From NCBI RefSeq assembly GCF_009914755.1, contig NC_060940.1: a stretch of DNA of 64,000 nt. One strand, given 5' to 3'. Within the stretch, counting starts at the first letter, position 1. Each line of letters opens with the position of its first letter. The notes below the pieces were generated by a model, which saw only the letters and a program-made list of their open reading frames with translations, ran no database searches and had not been told where the DNA came from. Of the stretch, positions 14,731-28,100 are shown piece after piece. Both the position numbers and the translations under genes were made by a program. Source of the stretch: the human T2T-CHM13v2.0 reference genome, Homo sapiens.

Positions 14731-15169
14731 CTTAGCCCAGGGCCTACATCTGCATCACAAAAGCAGAGGGCCTTGTTCTGGCTGAGCTGGCCTAAACTCT
14801 GACACTGGAAGAAAGGGTTGAGGAGAAACTGAACAATTACAGGATTAGAAGATTCACTGGACCAGTGGGGGGGATGGGGAAAGCTTTGAACAAGCCTGTA
14901 TTAATATAGTTCATCATACACACACATGTGTCTATATAAACATATGTAAAATATACGTGTGTATGTATGTACATCCTTGCATATGTAAAATATATTGTAA
15001 ACAAATGGACTAGTAGCAGTCATGCATTGAACTTGTATGAGGCTTTATTCAGTTGAAAATACTCCAGTTTTCATTTTTTCACTATTTGTGCCTATGCCTG
15101 TTTCTCTCAACTATAAACTCCTTAAGGGCAGAGTGTAGATCCTGTTCCTCTAGCACAATGCCTAATACA

Positions 15170-15395
15170 GGAAGTATTGAATACTAAGTTTAAACCCCAA
15201 TTCTACCACCAGCTATATGGCCCTGGGTAAATTATGTAACCTCTCTAAGCCTCAGCATTTTGGACTGTAAAATAGTAATGATCCTGATACCTCCCTCATT
15301 CATATCTGCCGTAAGAGTAAATGAGATAATGCCTGTAGCGTGCATAGGATAGTGCCTGTCACATAGCAACTTCTCAACATGTGTTGGCAATTATT
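15170..15395 (+). mobile_element. MIR SINE
   Basis: taacctctctaagcctcagc...tgtaaaatag...aaatgagataat...agtgcctgtcacatag. Confidence 0.7.
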
Positions 15396-15560
15396 CTCAT
15401 TTATTTGTCTAAAATCATTATTTTTGATAAAGTGTTGATGAATTCTACTCACAGCAATCTAGTGAGGAATGGGCAAGGTTTTATCTGCACTTTTCAGGTT
15501 AGAAACAGAAGCACAAGGTTCTTAACTGGCCACCCAAGGTCATATTACCAAGCCTGGGTC

Positions 15561-16335
15561 TGCTGAACCTGTGCCATAAAGCCAAACACCAACACTGAAG
15601 TTTACAACAAGACAAAAGACTGCGTTTATCTGCAGGAGGCTGAGCAAGGAGAGTCAGGCAGCTCATGCTTAACATCTCACTTCCTCAATGGCCCTACAAG
15701 CAAGGGCTTTTAAAGGCAAGGGTACATTTTAGGAAAGCAGAAGCTACAGGCAAAACCGTAAACCTATACATGGAGGTTATACATTGGTTTGGCCCAAAAA
15801 AGCAGGATATCTTGTGGGGCAGGCTTTGAGGTCATACGTAGATCCAGAGATTCTGTGATATGCAGTTGATTAAGGAGCAAGCCTTTGTCTAAAACCTTGG
15901 GGACAGCCAAAATGAATGTTAAGGTCTGGCCTGTAGGTATGAGTCTCTCCAGGCCCCTCAGGAAGAAATTGAGAAGAAAGACCGGCGATCAGTGTTCTGT
16001 CCTTAGTTACCACTCTTCTGAGGTCTACTTGACTGCAATGGGCATTTTCCATCTGGTGGGGGTCCAGGTTTCTGAAAAACAACTCAGGGACATATGTTAA
16101 GATGTTATCTTTAGTTTCCATAGGGAACCAAACATCTTGTGGCTCTGACTTACTTGTGTGGCTATTATTTTAAGCTATTACAACCTCCTTGCTTCTCAAG
16201 TTGCTCATTTACTTCTCAAGGCTACCTAGGTGCCTGGAATTTCCCTTGAAGAGACTCAAGATTTTTCTGTTTCCATGCTTTTTCAGGGTGTGGGGGGCAG
16301 CACGACCCTAACAGGGGGCTCCCTGCTCTATCTCA
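15561..16335 (-). mobile_element. ERV1 (MER4-group, MER39/LTR54-like) solo LTR, ~775 bp
   Basis: TG...CA ends. The reverse complement begins TGAGATAGAGCAGGGAGCCCC and contains AAATCTTGAGTCTCTTCAAGGGAAATTCCAGGCACCTAG. Subfamily uncertain. Confidence 0.75.
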
Positions 16336-19300
16336 GTCACCTACCTAAGCAGGAGGAAAGATGGGTGCCAGCTGGGCTTGCCGCCCATGCTCTTGTTCCA
16401 CCAGGGGCCTTCACTGGAGCTGTATCCCCTAGAGATAATGGTAGCTCTTTGGGAGGCAGAATCAGATTTCACATTTAGTTTTCAGAATGTCATTGGATCT
16501 CCTCTGGTAAAAGAAATCTTGACATTTAAGTCACACAATGGAGCTCAGGACACTATGTTTTTTAATAATCATGGAAATATTGTGGTGCCACCTCTACAGT
16601 GCAGTGCGGTTCACCTTGTGGTTTGCATGAATTCTGAAACAGATAAAAACAAGGATGCTATCTGGCCTGTGTCTCCCTGAGTCCCCTGGGGCTTAGAGAT
16701 ACTTTAGTGGTAGTTGTTAGATCTGACGAGGGCTGGAGGATGTAATAGATGAAGGCTTCATACTCCCATAGCCCAAACACGAGGCCAGGAAGAGGATGTA
16801 GATGTGTCCCATGCTGGGTGCTGAGGCTCTCCACCTACAACAGCCCCAGAGCCTGCCCTGACCCTTTGCCAGCCAGGTGAATAGAGCTTGAAACTGCTCC
16901 ATTCAAGCCCATCTCATTCTGCTGCTCCATTTTGCAGATGGAACATAGGTTTCATCTGGTCCAAACTGGAAAGAGACTTACCCAGGGGAATATGTGGCAG
17001 ATCCAGGACTAGAGCATTCAGCTTCCTGCATCACAGCTCAGTCCTCTTTCCATCTCAGCAGGCTGCTTCCAGTTACCCAGCCAATTTGGGGACTCATTTT
17101 CTTTCATTCAGTTGGTCAATCAATCATTCCACAAATACTTATCACTCAATTACTTATTACTTACAAATGCTTACTTCCTGGGGAAGTGCACAAGATGGCA
17201 GAGGTGGGTACAAAGATGCAAAGATCAAGAGGCTCCCGGTCTTGGGCAGAGATGCCAGCCCCAGAATGAGAAGGTAAACGCCTTGGTTTCCAGGGCTTCT
17301 CCCAGCTCTGAAATTCTAGCTCTCCAGGGCTCAGTGCAGCATCAGCACAGCTCCCTGATCCAAGGCTGGATCGGGCCGCAAGCTCCTGGTTTGAGGGAAG
17401 GCATCCACCATCTAAGCCCTGCCACAAGGAGCCTGAGACCCGGCTACTGGTACTTTGGCCCAGGATGGCAGCATCAGTGGCTTTCCTTGACCATCATCTA
17501 AAAGGAAGAACCAACCCAAAGGAACTGCAGTTTTCAGTATGGGAAAGAAAGAAGGACTAAAGTGTCAGATTTTTGAAATGTCTCTTAGCTGCTCCTCCTC
17601 ATTAGAGTCTTGGGTTTCCTTAGCTAAAAGTGGTGCCCTCCCCCAAGCCCCTCCCAGCTGCCCCCCAGCAGCACACTCTACTTCATGGTTGTCTTACCCT
17701 TGGGGCCAGACAGCAGGTCTGGAAGAACAGGTCAGTCTTGTTCATCATGCCCAGTGCTAGCAGGGGTCAGTGAATCCTGTGCCTGAGTGATTCCATTCAT
17801 CCAATGGGTGTGTGCTTCTGGGTCAAGTGCTGGCTTGGTACTAGGGATATGCATGGCCTGAACAGATGTGTCCAGGGAAGAAAGGATGAAAGATGCAGAA
17901 TATGCTTCTTTCCATGCCTTCCTGATCCCTCCACAGCGTTTGCCATGCGTGCTTCCATTCATGTGTTCCCACAGCGGTGGCTCAGCCTGGAGCAGGCACT
18001 CAGCCTCCAGGGCTCCAGCACATTGGCCCCTGCAGAGGCCCCAGCCAGCACCTAGCCTTCATCTGGCCTGGCCTGCCTTCTCTTCCGTGGCGTGCAGAGT
18101 TGAGTGGATGCTCAAGGCTGGGCTGCCATCAGTCTCTACATGTTCATTGCCTGTAGAAAAGGGCATGGAATTTTAAAAAGGAAATTTAAATGAAAGACTT
18201 CAACAAACAGTAAACGAAAACTGCAAGCGGTGATGCCTTGCGCTTGTGTGCTCTCTTTCTGTCTTTCACACTCCAACCCCGCCCCCCACCGCCACCATAA
18301 GCCCTAATGACTCTGCTCTGATGGTGGGAAAATGTTATAACCACGTAAATAAATATTCCTCGGCATCAGGACTGAAGTGGCCCCCACCAATCTTGGATGT
18401 CCAAGAGCCACCCCATTGCAGCCCCTCTTCTACCCCCACCCAACCCCCACCTGGCAGCTACACAGGGGGAACTGACCGCCTCCCCTCTGGAGAGGGGCCA
18501 TTGTGTGAGCATCCTTTGGGCTTGTGGTACCTGTTTCAAGGTGGCAAACCAGCTGCCAAGCAGACTTCAGCCTTAGAAGCCATAGGCCACAGCAGAGAGG
18601 GGCCTGCCTGGCCAGTGCCCTGTATTTTGGGACTCCTGGAATATTGAAAATTGAAGAATTCCCAAAACAAGGTCACAAAATCGTGTTGTATTTTAAATGC
18701 ATCTACTTAACAAATCAGTACTTTGGGCCTACCACAAATGCAATGGAATATAATTGTGCTCCCTAAAAAGACAATTATAGGATTTACAAAAATATTAATT
18801 GACAGTGCAGTGCTGGCCCTGTGGTCCTGTAGTGGGACACAAGTCAGAGCCCTGTGCTGAGCACTGTAGCTTTCACTGTGAGAGATCTCTCTCCCGACTA
18901 TGTCTGGGACCTCATTTGGTCCAAGCCCCAGAATTGAGCCCTTTGTGGATGTATAATCCCTTTCTGGCCACCAGATATACCGTGGAGTAGCCTAGGAAAC
19001 CAGGAAGGTAGATTTTAGTTTGCTGAAGGAAGAGGCGCCAGGGACTGAGAAAGGGTTAGGTTTGAGGCAGCAGCACCACGTGGGGAAGGCTGTGTGGGGT
19101 GGGGACAGCCAAGGTGGTATCTGCCCCTGCCCTGCTGGGAGTGTAGTGGGGGTCACAGTCCCACACATGTGAGATGGAGATGGCTTCCCTAGGAAAACCA
19201 GAGCCACTTTCCATCCTCCCGCTACACACATCTGCACACACGCTCATCAGCTTCTGCTTTACTCAGCTCCGTTCCCTCTTCTTTCTTTGCCGGGCAACCA

Positions 19301-19340
19301 ACAGTGGTCTTATGTCACTGCTGAAGCCCCCACTCTGAGT

Positions 19341-19722
19341 AAGTTAGGACATGTTGGTTGCAAGTGATGGAAGATACAACCACACTGGCAAACTGGCTTA
19401 TTCAAACAAAATAAAACACAAAACAGCCACAGGCCCAGAGAGTCAGAAATTCAGACACACATGTGGGGAGTGGGGGCTTGATCAGCAGCTCAGGGGACGT
19501 CCCTGGCTTCCCCCATCTCTCCACTCTGCCGCACTGTGTGGTTTTCACCCTCGACTCCACAGCATCACTCCTGCACCAAGGAGGAAAATGGCTCCAGCAG
19601 CTAAGTCATCACTTGTAACCTTGTGTGCATCCTAGGACATCACCAAGCACAAGGTGCATCTGAGCAACCACCAAGTCCTGCAAGTCTCTCTCTCTCTCTC
19701 AGTCTCTTTCTGTCTCTGTCGC

Positions 19723-19767
<45 letters not shown>

Positions 19768-19940
19768 TATCTGTCTGTCTGTCTGTCTCTCTCTCTCATT
19801 GCCCCTCCTTGACCCAATCACCATGACCAAGGGGGCTGAGGGGTTCCTGGGATAAGAGTGAATCCCCCAGAGGAAAACCAGAAGCTCCTGAAAAAGGAAA
19901 TAGAATAGGAGGAAATGGGTGCTGGGGAGGCCACCAGCCG
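19341..19940 (-). mobile_element. Old MaLR LTR (MLT1J/K-like) carrying a (TC)n/(TG)n microsatellite at 19685-19797
   Basis: gttaggacatgttggttgcaagtga...ccaatcaccatgaccaagggg...ggaaatgggtgctggg. Confidence 0.6.
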
Positions 19941-20379
19941 CCCACAGATCTCTCCTTGCCATTGGGGCTACCAGCTGTGCTGCCCCGTGCAGGAGATGAC
20001 TCATGTCGTAGGGTGGAGGGCCGGCCAGGCTGAGTCCACTGCAGCAGGACCATGAGATGGCTGAGCTCGGCAGCAAGCCAGCACTGCTGCTCCCATGGCA
20101 GCCTCTCCCCTGAGGTCCCAGGTGGCAGGACACATGGGTGCACAGCCCCCAGCCCACCACTGACCAATGGTCTCGCCTTTCCACTGTGGCCGCAGCAGGG
20201 GGCCAGGGAAGAGTGGGAGGTGAAGAGGGGAGATAGGCTGGTAACAGAAGAGGCCTCCACTAGAAGTCAGGTCCCTTGGAGCCTGCCCCAGCCAGCAACA
20301 GCCTTAGAGCTAGTCAACACCTCGCTTCAAAGCTGGGGAGGCACTGCCCCAGAGGGCGGGCAGCAGGAGTCAGAGATGT

Positions 20380-20580
20380 GACTTTGAATCCTGGCCCTGC
20401 CCTCTGCCAGGCAGTGGACTTAGCACTAGTCACCTGACTGACTGACCCTCAGGTTCCTCATCTGAAAACTGGAGATCATAATAATACCTACTCACAGGGT
20501 TGTTGTGGCTAAAAGAAATGATGCATGTTAACAGCTAAGCAAGGTGCCTGGCACCAAGTAAGTGCTCAGGAAACAGCTAC
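20380..20580 (+). mobile_element. MIR SINE
   Basis: tttgaatcctggccctgcc...ttcctcatctgaaaactggag..ataata...gtgcctggcac. Confidence 0.75.
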
Positions 20581-22869
20581 TGCCATCTCCCTCCTCTTGC
20601 CCATACCTCACTGCCTGTTAGTGAAGGGCCAGGACAGGAGCCTGGGTGTGACAATTGTTTCAGAACCAGAGCAAAGGGTTGGTGTCAAGGCCTCTTAGCT
20701 ATTACAGGTCAAAGAGGTGGTGTCATCCCCTCCCAGAATCAGCTGTCCCTTCTGATTTCAGGCTGGAAGACAGTATGCCTCAGCACCTGCCCTCTTGCTG
20801 GCTTTGCAGGAGTGGAGCTGAGGAGAGCTGCTTCTGACTCAGGGCCCAGCATGGCCTGAGAGAGAAACCCAAAGAGATAGAGACAAGGAGAGAGCAGGAG
20901 AGATCACAGAGAGGGAGGAGAGTGGCAGACACTGTGTGACTGAGAAACACTGAGATGGCGCGCTGCATAGACCGTGCACCAGTGTCCAGTGTCGATGGTG
21001 CACTCAGCATAGCATCTGCGCAGAGTAAATGCTGCTGAAATGGCTACTGCTCCATTCCTTTTCATTAGGGCCGCCTATGACTCTGTGAATGTCATTCCAC
21101 AGCCCCTCCAGCCAGACGTGTCTTCTTTCTCCCCCTGGATGCCCTCAGCACCTGGCTGTCTCATTCACTCACTGGTTTATTTACTTGAGAAATATGGACG
21201 TGGCCTTCTCTGTGCCAGCAGCATGCTGAGTGCTTTGTGCACCATGGTGAACTAATGCAAGCAGGTGTACTGCTGCTCAGAGCTCAGCTGGCGAGCAGGT
21301 GGACAGCCTCAGTGATTCCAGAGAGCAGAGTGTCCTGACAGTCGGCCTGTCCTAGCCTGTGCTGAGGACGGGGTATCTGACAAAGAGCTGAAGGGATTGG
21401 CACCGGTGGGGTCTCACCAGCCACCAGGATAGGAGGGTAAAAAGACTGCTCCCAAGTGTCCCCATATGGGGCACGCCAGGAAGTAAGACCAGAGCACATA
21501 CTTGGGCTCCTGGCTGTAGAAGTTCCCAAGCTATATAAGGAGAGGAGAATCAGGCCTGGCCTCTAAAAGGAGGCTGCTTCCTCTTGGGGAAAAGTCAGGG
21601 AGGTGGGAAAATGCAGCCTTCACAGCCCTGTGTCTTAAGTCACTCAGCTCTGATAGCAAGAGTGGCCAGCGTGGGGGCCGGTCTTCCCTTTGCGTTACTT
21701 TCTGGCCTCTGGAGAGTCAGGAGCTCAGGTAGCCTGGAGTCCCCTGGAACTCAGCAGCAGGGGTGGAGGCGGGTAGGGTCTTTGTCATGAACCGGAAGCA
21801 TACCAGGCCTTCACTTAGAACACTGACCCCTCACAGAAAGACCAGCCCCTAGGCCCTGCCTCGGCTGGCAGGGTGACCTCAGGCCCATCCCTTACCCTAC
21901 AGGGTCTCCATTTTTTCATCCATTAGATCTGAGGAACGACACCGAAGATCGCCCCTCCCCCACCCTACCTCCTTTTTAGTTCTATAAATTCCCCTGGCAG
22001 AACTTAATTGCTAAGTTTAGGTGATTGCCAAGCACAAGGTTCTTCCTTTGTATCCAAAAAAGGGGGGGGGAGCGGAAAAAAGAGAAAAAAACACAGTTTC
22101 AAAGTTAGGGCACCTGTGTTCAATTGAAGACTGACTTTCTCTTAAGGAGGGAGTTGATGTTCCCACAGCCGCTGGGCTGTTAGCAGCAAAAGCAGCCTAG
22201 CAGGAGGGGCAGCCTTGGTGAGCCCCCAGTGCAGGCCACTTGGGCCACTTGCCCCACAGTATCCAGCGCACTGGGGGGCAGATCAGCCTGTCACTGAGAA
22301 TGACACACTCAAGTTTGGAGCCGGGACCTCTTTTTTGCCATCCATCAATGAGAGTGGTTCAGGGTTGTCAGTCTAAGACGGGAGTATAGCCCAGGGCTGG
22401 GGACTGTAGAAATGGGCATGGTCCCCACCCGGTGGGGATGGGGACACCGGTGTGGACTGGCACACATGGGCCACGGAGCCATCGGGGTGAAGACACTAAA
22501 TCAGGCAGAAAAACACTGTCAAGTGTTAACACTGCAGCATCTGTGTCAAGGGTAACCATGTCTCAGGGACGCAGGAGATGAGCGGCCCCATGCAAAGCTG
22601 TCAGTTTTAGTCTGATCAGTCCAGAAGGCTCCCGGTGTGGGGAGAGGAAGGATGGATTTCAGTAGCAGCTTGCTAGATGAGGATGAGATGGCAGAGCATA
22701 CGGCGCAGGCTTGAGGAGGGGGTACGGAGGCCAGGGAGGCCTTTGGGCAGCTGGCTGACAGCACTGTTACAAACATTTTGCACACATTTTATTGATTGGC
22801 CCACTCCTCAAACCCAGAGCACATAAACAAGTGTCCCATGGTACCATTGGGGTACCTGGAACCCAGAGC

Positions 22870-23430
22870 AGTGGGGAATGTCCCTGCCCCAGTCCCCCAA
22901 ACAATTGCACCAGCCTCTCCAGCTTCCCACTGCCTCTCTTGCCTCCCACCCCGTAATCTGTGCTCCACACAACAGCCAAAGTGAGCTTTTAAAAATGCAT
23001 ATCTAATCCCCTGCTTAAAAGCGCTCAGTGGCATCTTTGCTCTCAGGATAAAGCCAGCCTTATCTCCTGTAGCTCCTGCCACAGGCTCTGCTGCTGACTC
23101 TTTAAATGCCACGACCTCCTGGCCTCAGGGCTTTTTAGTGAGTTATCTCCTCCATAGGGGACTTCTCCACCACTGCTTCCCTCCCCCAGGCCTGGGTTCC
23201 ACCATCACTTCCCCTCCCTTGGAAGCCTTTCCTGACTCTCCGAATAGGCTGGGCCTCTTGTCCTGACTCTCAGACCCCTGGTATGTGTGCTCACCTGAGT
23301 ATTTGATCAATGTTTGTGCCCCCTGACCCAACAAGGCTGTAAGGGACAGGGACAGGGCCTATATGACTTCAGTTGGAGTCAGTCTCCAGCACCCAGCACA
23401 GTGCCTGGCCCAGAATTGGTGGGTGCTCTA
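22870..23430 (+). mobile_element. L2 fragments
   Basis: ctccacacaacagccaaagtgagcttttaaaa...cagcacccagcacagtgcctggc. Confidence 0.65.
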
Positions 23431-23786
23431 TTGAAGTCTGCAGCTAGTCCGTGGTAGAGCTGTTCTTGATCCCAGATGTTTGAACACCTGGCCCATTGCT
23501 TTCTGTATGGCCCCTTGTAAAATCAGAGCAGGTAGTTAAAATCAGATCCTGGAGACCCAGAATGAGTTTGGAACCTGAGTTCTAGAACCCACTTGTTCAT
23601 AGGCCCTCTTGCAGGCCTCAATTTTTTCACCTGCTGAATTGAAACCACACCTGCCCACGCACTGTGCAGGAAGCAAGGAGTAGGGGTCACACACGTGAGG
23701 CATGTGAGAGGGGGTGCCTCCTGAAAGCTGGCTCTGTGCATCCACTCCTGGAACCCGGCCCCTCTCCAGGCAAGGCACAGAGGCAA

Positions 23787-24610
23787 GCACCTCCAAAAGA
23801 AACCCTATACCCGTTAGCATTCCCTCCCTACCCCTCTGCCTGCAGCCCCTGGCAACCACTAATCTGCTCTCTGTCTCTATGGATTTGTCTATTCTGGACA
23901 TTTTATATAAATGGAATCATACACTATGTACTCTTTTGCATCTTGCTTCTTTCACTTGGCATAATGTTTTCAAGGTTTTTCCGTGTTGTAGCTGAATCAC
24001 ATTTCATTGTATGGATATACCAAATTTCATTCATCTATTCATCATTTGATGGACATTGAGGTTGTTTCCACCTTTTGGCTACTATGAATAATGCTGCTGT
24101 GAACATTCATGTACAAGTTTTGTACAGACTCATGTTTTCATTTCTCTTGGGTACATAACTAGGGGCAAAACTGATGGTTCATAAGGTAGTTCCATGTTTG
24201 ACTTTCTGAGGAACCATCAAACTGTTTTCCAAAGTGGCTACACCGTCTTACATTCCCATTTTCCGCATATGGAGGTTCCAGTGTCTCCCCGTTCTCACTA
24301 ATACATGTTATTGTTCATCGTTTTTATTATAGCCATCCTCGTGGCTATAACTCATTGTGGTTTTCATTTGCATTTCCCCAGTGATTAATGATATTGAGCA
24401 TCTTTTCATGTGCTTTTGGCCATTGGTGTATTTTCTTCAGAGAAATGTCTATTCAGAATTAGCCCATCTCTAAATGGGGTTATTTGTCTTACGGTTAAGT
24501 TGTAAGAGTCCTTTATTCTGGATACGAGTCCTTTATTAGATATGCGATTTGCAAATATTTTCTCCCCTTCTGTGCATTATCTTTCGAATTTTGTGATGGT
24601 GCCCTTTGAA
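23787..24610 (-). mobile_element. L1MB-type 3' fragment
   Basis: ggcaaccactaatctgctctctgtctctatggatttg...ttttggctactatgaataatgctgctgtgaacatt...tttgcaaatattttctcc. Confidence 0.9.
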
Positions 24611-24679
24611 GTCTCACCTCATTCTGCCCTTGCCTCTGCCCCCTTGCCAGAGTTCCTCACTCCCCCAGACCTACTCATC

Positions 24680-25043
24680 TGTCTCTGTTCCTTTATGCTG
24701 CTGCAACAAAATACCTTAGAATGGGTAATTTAGAAACAACAGAAATGAATTGCCCACATTTCTGGAGGATGAGAAGTCCAACATCAAGATACCAGCAGAT
24801 TTGCTGTCTGGTAAGGGTTTCTTCTCTGCTCCATAGATGGTGCCCTATCACTGCATCCTCAGGTGGCAGAAGGGACAAAAGGCTCCCTCAAGCCTGTTTA
24901 TAAGGGCACTGATCTCATTCGAGATGGCAACACTCTTATGATCTAATTGCTTCCCAAAGGCCCCACCTCTTAATATCATTGCCTTGGGGATTAGGTTTTG
25001 AGCACGCGAATTGTGGACGGACACAGATATTCTGACCATAGCA
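24680..25043 (-). mobile_element. MLT1A-type MaLR solo LTR
   Basis: TG...CA ends; tgctgcaacaaaatacc...ctggaggatgagaagtccaacatcaag...cccaaaggccccacctcttaat. Confidence 0.82.
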
Positions 25044-25398
25044 CCATTGCCTGCCCTGCCTTCGGGACTTACACTCTTTTGGAGCTGAAGGAACTGGCTC
25101 TTTCTTGCTCCACATTGCTCCACATTCCCCATCAGCGTTCCCCAGCAGGCTCTTTCCTAGCAGACAATCTGAACTGCACCCAGGCTGCAGTCATCCCTGA
25201 GTTTGGGGGCTTCTAAGGCTGTGTGCTGAGTTGTGCCTGAAGCAGGAGGAGCCTACAATTCACTGAGCATCTCCCTGTGCCCACGTGCTGGATGCCTCGC
25301 AGGCATGGATATATCCCACTGCATCCCCAGAACAATCTCAAAAGATACTGGTATTTTTCTACCCTGTGGATAAAATGGAGTCAGAATTTAAATTTGGA

Positions 25399-25780
<382 letters not shown>

Positions 25781-25904
25781 TGATAATTGCCTACTCTGAA
25801 AAGTATTTAAAAATACTGGAGAAAGTATTAATACCTCCCTAGGTATAAGCCCTAGTATGGTAGCAACAGAAGTTTCTTGACACTCTGGAAAATGCCCAAC
25901 TCCA

Positions 25905-26250
25905 CCTGCTGTAACCAGCAGCCCCGAAATCTCAGGGCCTCAACATAGTGAACGTTAGTTCCTTGCTCCCACCACAGTCTAATGTGGAAGTGCTGGGGGT
26001 TGCCCTGTCCCACGTAGGCCCGAGCCAACTCCCCTGTGGTCAGTGGTTCAGCCTCAGCTGAGGGTCTTCTGCTGGACTCCTGGTATCAGGCCAGTGGACT
26101 GGGGAAGGTCACAAGGGGAGTTTTTGGGGCCGGGCCAGAACTTGGTCCCTGGTCACACCTAACTGCAGGGAAGTCTATGAAATGCCTAGCTGTGACCTTG
26201 GAAGAAGAGATGAAATACTTTTGTCAATAGGGAGCCAGTCTCTGGCATAG
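25905..26250 (-). mobile_element. MLT1J-like MaLR LTR
   Basis: ctgctgtaacc...gaaatctcag...ggtcacacctaactgcagggaag...cagtctctggcata. Confidence 0.55.
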
Positions 26251-26580
26251 TGCTCAGGTGTGAATTTTAGCCAAACTGCTGCCAACTGGAAGCAGCACCT
26301 CTGCTGGGGTGACAGGTCCATTTTCTTGGCTCTGTTGGCTGTTTTCTGCTCCTCACTTGGGCCCAGCTGAGCAGTTCAACAGCTTTGCTTCTCTGTGACA
26401 TGACAGAGCCCACCTGAAAATTCATTTCTTGGTGGCTATGGTGGTGGCTTCTCACCCTGTCTCCTGTCCCAGCTCTAAAAATGGATTGCCCTTCTGATAT
26501 GAACATGCATGACATCTCTGGAACATGAGTCCCATGTTCTGTGTGCAGACAGTGTGCCAGCAGCTTCTCCTGTGTGATGT

Positions 26581-26760
26581 CAGTGTTTCCCTGGCATGGC
26601 ACACATACTTTGGTGGAATATGAGATTAAATGGTACGTGGATAAACCTTTTATTCCTACTTTTGTAGTTGCATATCGGTTTTAATATGTACTTGAAAAAA
26701 GATCACATAACATATCAAACCCATAATTTCATATCTATGACTGAAGATGAGGCTAATTTC
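26581..26760 (+). mobile_element. Charlie4z-like hAT fragment
   Basis: cagtgtttccc...tggtacgtgga...catatcaaacccataatttcat...gatgaggctaa; related copies at 41215-41415 and 42850-43517. Confidence 0.5.
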
Positions 26761-27509
26761 AGAGCTGTCCTGATATCAGGTTGGGGAAAGCGATGAATGA
26801 ATGACTGGGTTTGGGAACGTTGCCTGGGGTGAAAAGGCTCAGATGCCCAGCCGCCTCACCGGACTTGCTAGTGTGTGACCTCTCTGCACCTTTCCTCCTC
26901 TGTAGCATGTTCCCACATGAACATAGGGTATAGGAAGGTTGGTGTGTCAAGTGATTAACAGCAGTACCTGGCACATATTTCATGCTTAGTAGGTGATAGC
27001 TCCTAATGTTCTTAGGAAACACCAAGTCATATCACTTAACTGTGCCAACAGTGTTGAGACAGGGTTATTACTATACTTTATAGATGAGCTGAGAAAGGTT
27101 AAGTCGCTTGCCCAACTGGCAGCAGAGCCATGTGCTGACCCCCAGTGTGCCTGACTCCTACCTAGGCCAGGCTCTGCGAGGGGAGTTTACTTGCAATCCT
27201 GGCTCTGGCACTAACTTAGCAGGACACTGCAGGCAGGCCCCGTCGCTCTCTGGGCTTCAAGCTTCCCATAGGCGGGATGGGGGACCAGCATAACTCTTTG
27301 TGCAGGATAAGTCTCACAGAATGTGGGGGCTGCTCTCTTTGCTCCAACCACAGCAGAAGGCTTTGCTTTAAAAAAAAAAAAAAAAAAAAGTGGACTGGGT
27401 GTGAGCTAGGTGTCTGCATGCAATGCCCCTCCCAGATCCTCTGCTTGTCTCTGGATTCTTTCTGCTGCCTCTCTTGTCACACTTCTTTATGACCAAGCTT
27501 CCAACCTAC

Positions 27510-28100
27510 CCCAAGTGTAAACATCATTTGTTTGTCCGTCATCTGGTGATGGACATTTCACTTGTTTCCATTCTGGGACTCTTATGAATAATGCTGCCAG
27601 AACATTGATGTACAAGTTTTTGTGGGGACATATGTTTTCATTTCTTGTGGTAACTACCCAGGAATAGAATTGCTGGGTCACGTTGGGAGGGTATGTTAAC
27701 TGCATAAGAAACTTCCAAACTACTTCCCCAAGTGGTAGTACTGTTGAAAATTCCACCAGCAACATATAAGGATTCCTGTTGTCCTGCACACTCACTGACA
27801 TTTGGATTGCCAGCCCTTTTCATTAGCTGCTCAAGTTTGTGCACAGTGGTATTTCACTGTGGTTTTAATCTGCCTTTCCATGGTGACTAATAATATTTGG
27901 CACCTTTTAACATACTTTTGGGCCATGCGTATATCTTCTCTTGTAAAGTAACTGTTCAGGTCTTTTATTCTTCCCTTTTATTGGGTTGTTTGTCTTCTTA
28001 TTAATGAGTTTTAAGATTTTTTTAATATCCCTGATACAAGTTCCTTGTCAGTTATATGTACTATTTCATATTTTCTCCCAGTCTTTGGCTTGCCTTTACA
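27510..28100 (-). mobile_element. L1M fragment
   Basis: gatggacatttcacttgtttcc...atgaataatgctgcc...tagaattgctgggtca. Confidence 0.85.

Noticed and set aside
23385-23405. RE1/NRSE-like TCCAGCACCCAGCACAGTGCC
   Set aside because: Part of an L2 3' end and lacks the critical GGACAG half-site.
26584-26638. Apparent 49-nt exon ending in ATG|GTACGT
   Set aside because: Coincides with the terminus of a Charlie4z-like transposon and has a weak acceptor.
27370-27389. Isolated A20 run as a possible retrocopy tail (also 56692-56708)
   Set aside because: No recognisable upstream RNA body, poly(A) signal or TSD.
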